This document shows positions 27,381 through 37,052 of a stretch of DNA of 64,000 bases, piece after piece (position 1 is the stretch's first letter; every line of letters starts with the position of its first letter). The translations under genes were made by a program, and so were the position numbers. The stretch lies in IMG/VR virus record IMGVR_UViG_3300007871_000062. One strand, written 5' to 3'. A model generated the notes under the pieces. The model saw only the letters and a program-made list of their open reading frames with translations, was not told where the DNA came from and did not search any database. This DNA comes from an uncultured virus (IMG/VR IMGVR_UViG_3300007871_000062). Taxonomy: Duplodnaviria > Heunggongvirae > Uroviricota > Caudoviricetes.

Positions 27381-28349
27381 TTACGCAACAGCAGCGGCTG
27401 CTTCAGCAGCGGCTTGCTTTGCCTCTTCAGCCTTCGTTGCGGCGCGATCAGCAGCGCGCTTCTTTTTAAGCTCATTAACCGCTTGCTTCTTTGCTTCAGC
27501 CTTAGTGCGCTGAACTTCAACACTATTAGGATCAAGATTCAACACCCAAGCGACACCAAGAGCAAAACCGTCGATCGCGGTTTTGACTTTACAAGATCGA
27601 ATTAGCTCAGGACCAATCGTAGGATTTTCAAGCTCATTCTTAAGTTCACTCATCTTTTGAACACGTGCAATAGGAATGAACTCGGCCGGCGCAGCCCTTT
27701 TACCAGCTCGCGCCGCGTCACGCAATTCCTTAGCTCGCGCATTAATAGTCGGAATAAATTCTTCAACACCCATTGTTATTGCCTGATCGACAAAGTGAGG
27801 TTGCTCACCTTGCGGGAGCTTAGCCAAAGCAATAGCATTACTAACCTTGATTTTACCATCATCTACCATCTTCGCAATCGGATCCGCCAACTTCAAAAGC
27901 CCAAGACGTGAAGATACCCACGCTCCACTCTTGGCCAATCGAGCAGCGAGATCAGAGATTGTCATAGTGGGATTAACTGAAAGTACGCGATTCAACTGTT
28001 TAGTATATTCAACCGCGCGTGTTTCAGCCTTATGCACATTGGCCATAATCTGCGCTTCATAGACTTCCACATCACTAATATCTTTGACAAGTACGGGAAC
28101 CTCAACTAGACCCACATCAAGCGCCGCAGAATAACGATGAAGACCGTCGATTAGTTCATAATACGCAGTGATTTTACCATCAATATTTTCTTCACGTTTA
28201 CGCACACTAAATGGATTCAATAGACCAACACTAGCAACCGAATCACGCAAACCAATGAACTTTTCGGATTCGCGATCAACTGCGCGTAGAGCAACAGGAT
28301 TCTCACGAATATCTGCCACTTTTACAACTGATACAACAACCTTACTCAT
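27381..28349 (-). CDS. ParB/Spo0J-family protein
   Basis: VGLLNPFSV, YELIDGLHR, TISDLAARLAKSGAWVSSRL HTH. Confidence 0.88.
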   Translation of the reverse strand: MSKVVVSVVKVADIRENPVALRAVDRESEKFIGLRDSVASVGLLNPFSVRKREENIDGKITAYYELIDGLHRYSAALDVGLVEVPVLVKDISDVEVYEAQIMANVHKAETRAVEYTKQLNRVLSVNPTMTISDLAARLAKSGAWVSSRLGLLKLADPIAKMVDDGKIKVSNAIALAKLPQGEQPHFVDQAITMGVEEFIPTINARAKELRDAARAGKRAAPAEFIPIARVQKMSELKNELENPTIGPELIRSCKVKTAIDGFALGVAWVLNLDPNSVEVQRTKAEAKKQAVNELKKKRAADRAATKAEEAKQAAAEAAAAVA

Positions 28350-28436
28350 GTACAACTCCTTGGAAAATTGATGGCAAAATCATTTGATTTAATTCAAAAT
28401 CAAATCAAGTGATTGTAGGGAAACTCCCCACTAACA

Positions 28437-28701
28437 TATATTACGTAAAATACAACTATATTGTGCAATAAAACTGTATTATATAATGAACACGCGCGCG
28501 TTCATTATATATGCGTGTGTGCGCGTATACAGAAATACAATACTACTTCTTTTCCAAGTCCCCCTATATATATACACTCTCTTTTCTTTTTATTTTAATA
28601 GTAGCAAATAGAAAAGAAGTAGTATTTTATAGTTGTAACTCGTTATAATACAGTAACTTAGGAAAAAGATTGCACAATATAGTTGTATTTTACGTAATAT
28701 A
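28437..28701. repeat. Nested inverted repeats: candidate origin / symmetric divergent promoter region
   Basis: Perfect 33-bp IR 28437-28469/28669-28701; 11-bp IR 28473-28483/28644-28654; 12-bp hairpin 28480-28511; 16-bp IR 28539-28554/28611-28626. Confidence 0.9.
28534..28638. repeat. 105-bp element, copy 2
   Basis: 3 mismatches versus 3185-3289. Confidence 0.95.
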
Positions 28702-28786
28702 CATTGAACGGCACACTATTTGCACGGTGTACTTTGATTTGATTTTAAGACAATGATATTAAAATCAAACCACTTCAGGAATTTTG

Positions 28787-31489
28787 ATGGCAAAATCAAA
28801 ACAGCCCACACCAACTGAAGCATTACGTTCTTTTTTGAACCAGCGCACACATCCCGATTTAGCGTGTATGTATAGTTATGGGATGGAAGTCCAAGTAAAT
28901 GTAGCACAAGACGATGGCGAACAAATTCAACAAACAAGTGGTTATACGGGACGTATATGGAGTGGTTATACAGACGGTTTAACTACTTGGAAATCATTTC
29001 GTATTCCTTGGAACGCTGCTACTGAACCTGAATATAATGAAGAAAATAGAGAAATGCGTTTTGATTTGGCCGCGCATGCTGAAGGTATAGGAATGACAGG
29101 ATGGGATTGGCGAAATAAAACATCAAAATGGGTGGCTTTTGATTTTGACAGTATTATTGGACATTCCACTGGATTGACTGCTGAAGAACTTGCCGCTGTT
29201 GAACATACAGCTTACGATATTCCTTGGATTACAGTAAGAAAATCAACCAGTGGTAGTGGGATTCATTTATATGTTTTCCTGGATGTATCTACAATTAATC
29301 ATACAGAACATGCTGCACTCGCGCGTGCAATCCTTGGCAAAATGTCGGCAGAAGCAGGTTTTGATTTTGCCAGTAAAATTGATGTTTGTGGCGGGAATAT
29401 GTGGGTGTGGCACCGTAAAATGACAAAAGAAAATATGGGTTTGCAATTATTGAAACAAGGTGAAAAACTAATTGATATTCCTATCAATTGGAGAAATCAT
29501 CTTACAGTTATAAAAGGAAATAGACACAAGACACAACCTGAATTCGTTAAAGAACCAGATTTATTCGACGAATTAACAAGTCAACGTTCACAAGTCAAAT
29601 TAGATGATGGACATAGTAGACTTATTGATTATTTGAAAAAAGAAAATTGTCAATGGTGGTGGGATCAAGATCATAATATGTTAGTATGTCATACGTCCGA
29701 TCTTAAAAGGGCACATACTGAACTTAATTTGCGTGGCATCTTTGATACAATCGCAACAGGTAAAGATCAAAGTGACCATAATTGTTTTAGTTTTCCTCGA
29801 TCACACCCGAAAGGCGCATGGGAAATAAGACGTTATACACCCGGTGTTCAAGAGTCACCTTGTTGGGATGTCGACGCAAGTGGCTATACACGATGTTATT
29901 ATAATAGTGAACCGACGCTTAAAATAGCCGCTAATGCGGTTGGTGGCGTGGAAGATGAAAAGGGAAGTTTTCATTTTAGTGAAGCCGAGGTTGCCTCAAA
30001 CGTCGCTTTACAATTAGGTGTAGATTTAGCTGTTCCACCGTGGGCGTGTACGCGACCCACTGAATTGAAACAACATCGAGACGGACGTTTGATTGTAAAT
30101 ATCAAACGTGAATCTACAGATAGAACTCACGATATGTTGAATTGGCATGAGGATAAAAATCAATGGAAAAGAATTTTTAACGCCCGTATCTCACCCTCTA
30201 ACACTTTGGAGATCGGTAATTTTGATAATATTGTACGTCATATAACTGATACTGACCATAATGATGTAGGCTGGGTTATTAAAGCTAACGGAAAGTGGCA
30301 ATCTGAACCGTTGAATCATGTCAAAATAGTTTTGAAAGCCAAAGATTTATCCGCTAGAGAAGCGGATTTAGTTCTAGGACGATGTATAGAAGAGAGTTGG
30401 ATTTTAGTAAATGAACCGTTTCAAGATGAATACCCAGGTAATAGAACGTGGAATAGATACGCAGTGCAATTAAAGTATGCACCGAAACAAGAGAAACCTT
30501 TCTTTTGTCCTACTTGGGATTCAGTTTTAGATCATGTAGGCGCTGGTCTTGATATTGCGATCAAAGAGGACGAATGGTGTAAAGTAAATGGTATTATCAC
30601 AGGTGGAGATTATTTAAGATGTTGGGTAGCATCGCTTTTCAAAGAGCCTAAAGAATTACTTCCGTATTTGTTCTTCTACAGTAGAGAAGAAAACACTGGA
30701 AAATCAACTTTACACGAAGCCTTGAGTCTTCTTATAACGACAAGAGGAGTATGTTGTGCTAACACAGCGCTCACAAGCCAACAATCTTTCAATGCAGAAT
30801 TAGAAAATGCTGTTCTTTGTGTAGTTCAAGAAACCGACTTGCGCAAAAGTTCTGGTGCAAGAAATCGATTGAAAGATTGGGTGACGGCAATACAAATGTC
30901 AATCCATGAAAAGGGTAAAACACCATATCTAACAACTAACATTGCCCATTTTATTCACACTGCAAATGACCACGGTGAGTGTCCGATTTTTCCGGGTGAT
31001 TCCAGAATCACAATGGGTTGTGTCTCACCTCTTGAGTCTTCAATCCCTAAGCGTGAGCTTTTCAAACGTCTAATGAAAGAAGCTCCTGATTTTATGGGAG
31101 TCATAATGAGCGTCGAGGTTCCGGAGTGCAGTGATCGATTACGCATACCAATAATTAATACGGTAGAAAAGATCCAAAGTGAAAAACAAAACTTCAATGC
31201 TTTTGAAGAATTTCTTGACGAACAGACTTTTGAAGTACCTGGAGAAAAGGTACTATACGCTGATTTGTGGGCTAAGTTTTCAAAGTGGCTAGATCCGAAC
31301 GATGCACATGAATGGACAAAGATAAAAATGGGACGTCAATTGCCTTTAAAATATCCAAAGGGACGAGTCTTGAGCGAGGGCGCGCAATTCTATGTTGGCA
31401 ATTTATCATTTGATGAGTCCGCGCCTATAACCCCTCGTTTCATTCTCCGAGCTCAAAACCTAGTAAAGGAAACAAATGAAAACTTGTAA
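28787..31489 (+). CDS. AEP primase fused to an SF3/D5-like helicase
   Basis: VAFDFD, STSGSGIHLY (AEP); ENTGKST Walker A, FNAEL, FIHTAN, DSRI. Confidence 0.85.
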   Translation: MAKSKQPTPTEALRSFLNQRTHPDLACMYSYGMEVQVNVAQDDGEQIQQTSGYTGRIWSGYTDGLTTWKSFRIPWNAATEPEYNEENREMRFDLAAHAEGIGMTGWDWRNKTSKWVAFDFDSIIGHSTGLTAEELAAVEHTAYDIPWITVRKSTSGSGIHLYVFLDVSTINHTEHAALARAILGKMSAEAGFDFASKIDVCGGNMWVWHRKMTKENMGLQLLKQGEKLIDIPINWRNHLTVIKGNRHKTQPEFVKEPDLFDELTSQRSQVKLDDGHSRLIDYLKKENCQWWWDQDHNMLVCHTSDLKRAHTELNLRGIFDTIATGKDQSDHNCFSFPRSHPKGAWEIRRYTPGVQESPCWDVDASGYTRCYYNSEPTLKIAANAVGGVEDEKGSFHFSEAEVASNVALQLGVDLAVPPWACTRPTELKQHRDGRLIVNIKRESTDRTHDMLNWHEDKNQWKRIFNARISPSNTLEIGNFDNIVRHITDTDHNDVGWVIKANGKWQSEPLNHVKIVLKAKDLSAREADLVLGRCIEESWILVNEPFQDEYPGNRTWNRYAVQLKYAPKQEKPFFCPTWDSVLDHVGAGLDIAIKEDEWCKVNGIITGGDYLRCWVASLFKEPKELLPYLFFYSREENTGKSTLHEALSLLITTRGVCCANTALTSQQSFNAELENAVLCVVQETDLRKSSGARNRLKDWVTAIQMSIHEKGKTPYLTTNIAHFIHTANDHGECPIFPGDSRITMGCVSPLESSIPKRELFKRLMKEAPDFMGVIMSVEVPECSDRLRIPIINTVEKIQSEKQNFNAFEEFLDEQTFEVPGEKVLYADLWAKFSKWLDPNDAHEWTKIKMGRQLPLKYPKGRVLSEGAQFYVGNLSFDESAPITPRFILRAQNLVKETNENL

Positions 31490-31763
31490 GACTTGCTGTA
31501 AAGAAAAAAATGATCAGGAATTTCCATTTCCATTTCGTGTTAATTCGGATGGTGCAGAATATTTCGGTGATATATGTATACAATGTGAACACGTAATACG
31601 CGATTTACAAGGTAATAGATGTGAACTCTGCGGTAAAAGATTTGCTAATGACACTTTGCTTTGTTACGATTGTAATATCTTTCTTAAATATTTTTGTGAT
31701 GATGAACTTTTCGAAAAAGCAGTCACTTACATTGTCGAAAAATTACGAAAAGAACAAAAATGA
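31476..31763 (+). CDS. Zinc-finger protein resembling endonuclease VII (degenerate)
   Basis: CKTC..K...F; Q.NRCELC..LLCYDCN..L..FEKAVTYI. Confidence 0.6.
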   Translation: MKTCKTCCKEKNDQEFPFPFRVNSDGAEYFGDICIQCEHVIRDLQGNRCELCGKRFANDTLLCYDCNIFLKYFCDDELFEKAVTYIVEKLRKEQK

Positions 31764-32104
31764 AGATTTTAGAATCATATACGTTATATCTTGAAGGTTT
31801 GGCCAATGAAGTTCAACATATTTTACAACGATGTAGGAGAGAACGTAATTTTGCTGTCATGGATGAAGTGGATGTAGGTTTGGTTCAGAATAAGAGCGAT
31901 AAATTGACATCTGCTCTATTGCTATTTGGTACTGAAATTGCAGAACGTGTCAGAATTATACGTTTTTCACCTAATCCTCTCCCTAATGTCAAGTCTCGAA
32001 CTTGTAATTTTGTATGTCCTTTTGGCCACACGTATGTTTTTGATATTTACATGATTACACAAAACCAGGAGAAACAGGATGAAAATCATCGCGTTTGCAT
32101 ATAA
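31760..32104 (+). CDS. Hypothetical protein
   Basis: Coupled ORF. Confidence 0.55.
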   Translation: MKILESYTLYLEGLANEVQHILQRCRRERNFAVMDEVDVGLVQNKSDKLTSALLLFGTEIAERVRIIRFSPNPLPNVKSRTCNFVCPFGHTYVFDIYMITQNQEKQDENHRVCI

Positions 32105-32633
32105 AAAGGGTGTAGGGAAAGACACTTTAGGCAAGTTCCTTATGACAGCCCTTAGAGTCAAAGCACCCGGACTCAGGATTCAACACGTTTCATTTGCTGC
32201 AAAGCTAAAAGATGTCTGCTATCAATTATACGGCTGGGCTGGTTTGAAACGTGGTATTTACTATGAAACTCATCGCGATAAGAAAGAAGTGGTTTTAACT
32301 GCATTTAATAAAACACCAAGAGACATATGGATTGGTGTTGGTAATAAGATGCGTGAAATTTATCCTAATACTTGGATTGATTTTGCCATCAAAGGCGTAG
32401 AAGCAGATATTATTGTTATTACGGATTGTGGTTTCAAAAATGAGGCTTACGCTATTGCGGACGCTGGTGGTTTGTTATGTAAAATTAATCGAGACGGTAT
32501 ACCACGAGGGACTGATCCCAGAGAAATAGAATTAGACACTTGGAATCATTGGGATTATGTTATTAATAACGATAGTGATTTGGCGTATTTGAATGATATT
32601 GCGCAACAACTTGCAAACAAATTACTAAAATGA
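32079..32633 (+). CDS. Deoxynucleoside monophosphate kinase
   Basis: KKGVGKDT P-loop, SFAAKLKD, TPR, VITDCGFKNE. Confidence 0.85.
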   Translation: MKIIAFAYKKGVGKDTLGKFLMTALRVKAPGLRIQHVSFAAKLKDVCYQLYGWAGLKRGIYYETHRDKKEVVLTAFNKTPRDIWIGVGNKMREIYPNTWIDFAIKGVEADIIVITDCGFKNEAYAIADAGGLLCKINRDGIPRGTDPREIELDTWNHWDYVINNDSDLAYLNDIAQQLANKLLK

Positions 32634-32656
32634 AAAGGAAAAGGAAAAGGAAAAAC

Positions 32657-32875
32657 ATGAAAGTGTACTGTGTTGATGGTCCATGTAAAGGGCAAATATA
32701 CAGTGCTTTTACAGACGCGGTAATAATGAATATTGTTACACCTGAAAATCCTTTTCATGAGTCTGCACGATACGCAATCACTAAACAAATAACCCGACTT
32801 GGCGAACGTATTGCTATAGTCACCTCAGTTCAAAAGAGAAAAAATGAAAGTATACTGTATCGATGGTCCGTGTAA
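32657..32875 (+). CDS. Small hypothetical protein (MKVYCxDGPCxGQ family), copy 1
   Basis: Paralogue of the next ORF. Confidence 0.65.
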   Translation: MKVYCVDGPCKGQIYSAFTDAVIMNIVTPENPFHESARYAITKQITRLGERIAIVTSVQKRKNESILYRWSV

Positions 32876-33044
32876 TGGGCAATTACATGATATTGAAGAC
32901 AATTCAATAACATTAATAGTATCTTTACTTGATGATCCAATTTATAAAAGAGCCCATTACAGAATTACTGATCAAAGAATAAATCGTGGAGAGTATGTCG
33001 CTTTTTACATGGGTGGCGACAAACTGAGATGGACACTTACTTAA
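32844..33044 (+). CDS. Small hypothetical protein (MKVYCxDGPCxGQ family), copy 2
   Basis: Paralogue of the previous ORF. Confidence 0.65.
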   Translation: MKVYCIDGPCNGQLHDIEDNSITLIVSLLDDPIYKRAHYRITDQRINRGEYVAFYMGGDKLRWTLT

Positions 33045-33057
33045 CACCGAGGAAAAA

Positions 33058-33666
33058 ATGATTAAGAGCCTTCGACACCTCAATGGAAATATATTCTGTG
33101 CTGTCGACGTAGAGACTACAGGATTTATACCCGGTTATCATGATATGTGGCAAATCGCGGTGTTACCACTGGATAATTTTATTAAGCCCAGTAAAGATAT
33201 TATACCCTTTTATATTGATTTGAAAATCAAACGACCAGAAAACATAGATCCTAAGGCCGTTAAACTGAATAGAACCGATTTTTATAAGCGTCAATTACGC
33301 GCTATTGATCCTTGGACAGCCGCTGATATGTTTGACGAATGGATTCAAAAATTAAATCTACCGATGTATAAAGGAATTTGTCCTCTCGCATCAAATTGGC
33401 CTTTCGATAGATCCTTTATTGTCGATTGGTTGGGACACGAATCATTTCAACAATTTTTCGCTCCTTGGTATCGTGACACTATGGTTTCTGCTACATTCCA
33501 AAATGATATAGCCGACCACCGAGGGAACAGGATCGAATACCCAAAAGTTGGGCTTGCTACACTCAGTAGTCGGCTTAAGGTCAAAAATGCAAAAGCGCAC
33601 GATGCTCTGCAAGATTGTATCACTACAGCCGAAGTGTACCGAAGATTGATTATGGCATCAGCTTAG
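33058..33666 (+). CDS. DEDDh 3'-5' exonuclease (DnaQ-like)
   Basis: AVDVETTG, NWPFD, HDALQD. Confidence 0.92.
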   Translation: MIKSLRHLNGNIFCAVDVETTGFIPGYHDMWQIAVLPLDNFIKPSKDIIPFYIDLKIKRPENIDPKAVKLNRTDFYKRQLRAIDPWTAADMFDEWIQKLNLPMYKGICPLASNWPFDRSFIVDWLGHESFQQFFAPWYRDTMVSATFQNDIADHRGNRIEYPKVGLATLSSRLKVKNAKAHDALQDCITTAEVYRRLIMASA

Positions 33667-36600
33667 TTGTTCTCCATTACAAATATTAACCCATTCCGCG
33701 GGAATAGGTGGTCCGCCCGCTAGCCAAGAACCAACACCAGTAGTCCAAGGATTTTGAAAATAACTTGGACTGTAGGCAAGCATACCATAAATATTATCAG
33801 CCACTCTGTATGTACGGGCTGGCCACCATGCCTCTGGTATAGTTGGTAAATACTCTAGCGGATCACTAATATATTTAATTGCTGGATGACCAACCACTTG
33901 ATTACAAGTTTTGAGATACTCCACTACATATTCTTTGAATTTTTCAGCTGATTCTAATGAATTAAATACAAATTTCTCATAAGAATTACTACTATCAGAG
34001 AATGTTCCACCTTTACCCAATGCGCCATACTGTCTATTATAGGCATTATATTCACCATCAGGATATACTGTACCATCGATTGTAAGAGGTCCAAACTCCC
34101 TATTACACCATTGAGAAATTGATATTAAACGTGCGTCCCAACCGAGCCAAAATACTGCTGAATAATAAGGTCGAACATATGAAGAGTAACTCGGTAATGT
34201 ATTTGGATCAAAAATTATAGGCACAGGGTCTAACATAATACATGGTATTGTTATTCCTTCTTCCTCTTCTAATATACTCTCGGCTATTACTTTTGATGGC
34301 GCAGGTAGTATACTAAAGGCACCAGATATTGACGGTCCAAGAGCAGCAATAGGAGCTATAGTAGGTGAACCCGGATAAACATCATTAATATCACTGGGTG
34401 TTAAGTTTCCGGCATCATAAAATTGTCTGTTACCCAAATTATACGGATCAGTATAACGTACACCTCGTGGTGAATCCTCCCTGTCTATATCTGGACTATG
34501 ACCCTCACGTGTTACGTCATCTCTCCCTGGTGAGTTCCCACCTTCATAACCTTGTTGAATTTCCCAATCAGTCGGGAAAGTAGCATTTGCATCAACTCCC
34601 GCAGGATATGCAAACAAGTATGCTGCCATTGTTCCGGCTTTTACCGGTGTCCAACACTCCATATTAATCGAATTATCAACGGAATTGTACGTTGCATCTT
34701 CGACCATTGCTATAACATTTCCACTTGCGACATAATTATCTGTGAAATCAAGTGTTACGGCGTCAAAAGTCTCAATATTTAATAGTGTTAGTGGGACCGT
34801 AAATTTCAATTTCTTCCAGGTATTTGCATAACGTATCATCCAAAATGTTGCACTTTTGATTACAGCGTCGACATAATTATAGATATAGAAATCATAAGTT
34901 TGTTCGTGTGTTCCGTATTTCGCAACATTATGTCGCAAAATTGTCTCGTACGATTTGTCTTGTAATCCCGACTCCCGCCAATTGCACACCATCTTCGTGA
35001 CCAAATCTTCGGTCGACGTATGCTCAAGCATCAACGTTTCGATTTCAATATCACTTTCTGTGATTGTAGCCACGGGTGTTGGCTCTTCACTAAGATATTG
35101 TATATAAAAGACGCCATTCTTAAGCCAAATTGCGCAACGTGCCTGCCACGCAATCTCTTTTAGAACAGTAAATAATTCTTTTCGATCCGTAATAGCGAAA
35201 TGACTCGGATAATTTGCTACTTTTGTGTGGACAGCGGCAAATGATACCGCGTCAATAGTAAAATCAGAGTATGTCTCAATTAAATACTGTAGAATATCTA
35301 CTGTATTTGGCCCGATGTCCGATTCAAAAGTTACAAAAATTTCATCTGACCAATTAAAATTACGTTTTTTGGAGAGTGCATCTTCAATCTCAAGAAAAGT
35401 TACTGTTAAATTACCATATGTTTCAGTGTAAACAGTATAATTATCGGGATTAATATCTTGAAGAAAACGTTGTCCGTCTTTCTCAGCCCAAGCTGACACT
35501 CTTAAAACACTACCTGGCACAATACTCACTACATAAGTTTGTGGTTCATCTGCCACAAGTGAGATTTGTGTGCCAGCTTGAATACTAACATATCCCGCAT
35601 TATCTCCCGCTGTCCCACCATTACCATATTCCTCTTCACTTCTCGATATAATTTTACCTACTAACTCTGGACTAGCTGATTCTCCATATTGACGAGTTAC
35701 TTGATAAACTGTACTAGTTTCATACGGCCAAGTTTTCTTTGAATATTTCCGATTATCACTTGTCATACGTTTTGTGTCCAAGGCATTAAATGTAGTCTTG
35801 AAATCAGCAATATTTGGGTGTTGATTATAATCTGAAAATATAAATTTATCTCCATTTATAGTACCATGAAAAGTTATACCACCTATTTGAAAAAATCCGC
35901 TATTATCCGGAAAATCTCCTTCGGTAATAATACCCGGCATCGTATTCAACGCTGGTTGATTTGCAAGTACTGCCGTCACTGTTGATAATTTTTCTTTTAT
36001 TTCATCAATATGATTATTCGCATATACATCAAAAGGTGTACGTGCTGTTCCTGCTGCTATGGATACTTCCATTCTTTCTACTGCTGTAGCTATAATATTT
36101 TGCCTAGCTTTTAATGCAAAATCCGGAAAACTTAGAGCATCAGCCAGTGTTCCTTTTACTCGTGCGGTTAAACGAAGTGTCTCTGAGAATGTTGTAGTAC
36201 CAAAACACATTGGCCATGGTTGACCAATTACAGTATGCGGCATATTTTCAAATTGTCCTTCTTCTGCGGAATAACCAATTTCATTATCTTCAGTATTGGA
36301 TACGACATTAAAACTCAATGTTCTCTCACTTTCACTCCACACAATCGGACTGTTGATTTTACCCCTAAAAAGAAGAAAACGGTCAGTAGCAACAAGACCC
36401 TCAAACCATTGATAAACACAAACATCGCGCTTATGCACGTCGTAATTATCAATAATTGTTTTGATTGTGCCATCAATATCATCGAGTGTAATACTTATTT
36501 CTTGCGAACTAGAACTACTAGTAATATCAACAATAGTATCTAAATTCGTTACATTGAGAATTTTACCTGGTATTGCATCAACATCTTTATCCGCATATTG

Positions 36601-36699
36601 TACAATTGTACCATGCCAATTGATATCAACAATAATAACAGGCTCGATACCCTTTGTAGTAGCAATTTCAGCTAAAGCGTTGGCGTTTAAGTCTCTCAT
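33658..36699 (-). CDS. Tail tip / hub protein
   Basis: 1013 aa, last gene of the tail operon; LLFRGKI and GQPWPMCFG segments. Confidence 0.7.
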   Translation of the reverse strand: MRDLNANALAEIATTKGIEPVIIVDINWHGTIVQYADKDVDAIPGKILNVTNLDTIVDITSSSSSQEISITLDDIDGTIKTIIDNYDVHKRDVCVYQWFEGLVATDRFLLFRGKINSPIVWSESERTLSFNVVSNTEDNEIGYSAEEGQFENMPHTVIGQPWPMCFGTTTFSETLRLTARVKGTLADALSFPDFALKARQNIIATAVERMEVSIAAGTARTPFDVYANNHIDEIKEKLSTVTAVLANQPALNTMPGIITEGDFPDNSGFFQIGGITFHGTINGDKFIFSDYNQHPNIADFKTTFNALDTKRMTSDNRKYSKKTWPYETSTVYQVTRQYGESASPELVGKIISRSEEEYGNGGTAGDNAGYVSIQAGTQISLVADEPQTYVVSIVPGSVLRVSAWAEKDGQRFLQDINPDNYTVYTETYGNLTVTFLEIEDALSKKRNFNWSDEIFVTFESDIGPNTVDILQYLIETYSDFTIDAVSFAAVHTKVANYPSHFAITDRKELFTVLKEIAWQARCAIWLKNGVFYIQYLSEEPTPVATITESDIEIETLMLEHTSTEDLVTKMVCNWRESGLQDKSYETILRHNVAKYGTHEQTYDFYIYNYVDAVIKSATFWMIRYANTWKKLKFTVPLTLLNIETFDAVTLDFTDNYVASGNVIAMVEDATYNSVDNSINMECWTPVKAGTMAAYLFAYPAGVDANATFPTDWEIQQGYEGGNSPGRDDVTREGHSPDIDREDSPRGVRYTDPYNLGNRQFYDAGNLTPSDINDVYPGSPTIAPIAALGPSISGAFSILPAPSKVIAESILEEEEGITIPCIMLDPVPIIFDPNTLPSYSSYVRPYYSAVFWLGWDARLISISQWCNREFGPLTIDGTVYPDGEYNAYNRQYGALGKGGTFSDSSNSYEKFVFNSLESAEKFKEYVVEYLKTCNQVVGHPAIKYISDPLEYLPTIPEAWWPARTYRVADNIYGMLAYSPSYFQNPWTTGVGSWLAGGPPIPAEWVNICNGEQLS

Positions 36700-37052
36700 A
36701 CTTTTGTCCCTTCGAATTCAAATTGTATTTCTTGTTCTTCGTCACGCCCGTGCCCGCCAAAATCAAAAGGATTAGAAATAAATTTACCGGACCATTCAAT
36801 ACCATTATGGTCAGTTAAAGATATTGTTGTCGTGAAATACGATTGAAAAAAATAATACAACTCTAATGCCTTCTCCCGTGTCAAGATAAATTGAAAAATT
36901 AATTTGCGTCGCGCGGTTGTTTTAACATACGTATAAAGTGTGCCGTCAATAGCTCTTTTCTTTTGTACTTCATCGAGTAATGCCTCACTATCTCCAAACT
37001 CGGGATTCGGTAGATATGTTACTGTCTGATGTGCTTTTAAGCGTATGCTCAT
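36696..37052 (-). CDS. Distal-tail-like protein
   Basis: Synteny; RAIDGTLYTY..KLIFQF..DHNG..WSG. Confidence 0.6.
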   Translation of the reverse strand: MSIRLKAHQTVTYLPNPEFGDSEALLDEVQKKRAIDGTLYTYVKTTARRKLIFQFILTREKALELYYFFQSYFTTTISLTDHNGIEWSGKFISNPFDFGGHGRDEEQEIQFEFEGTKV

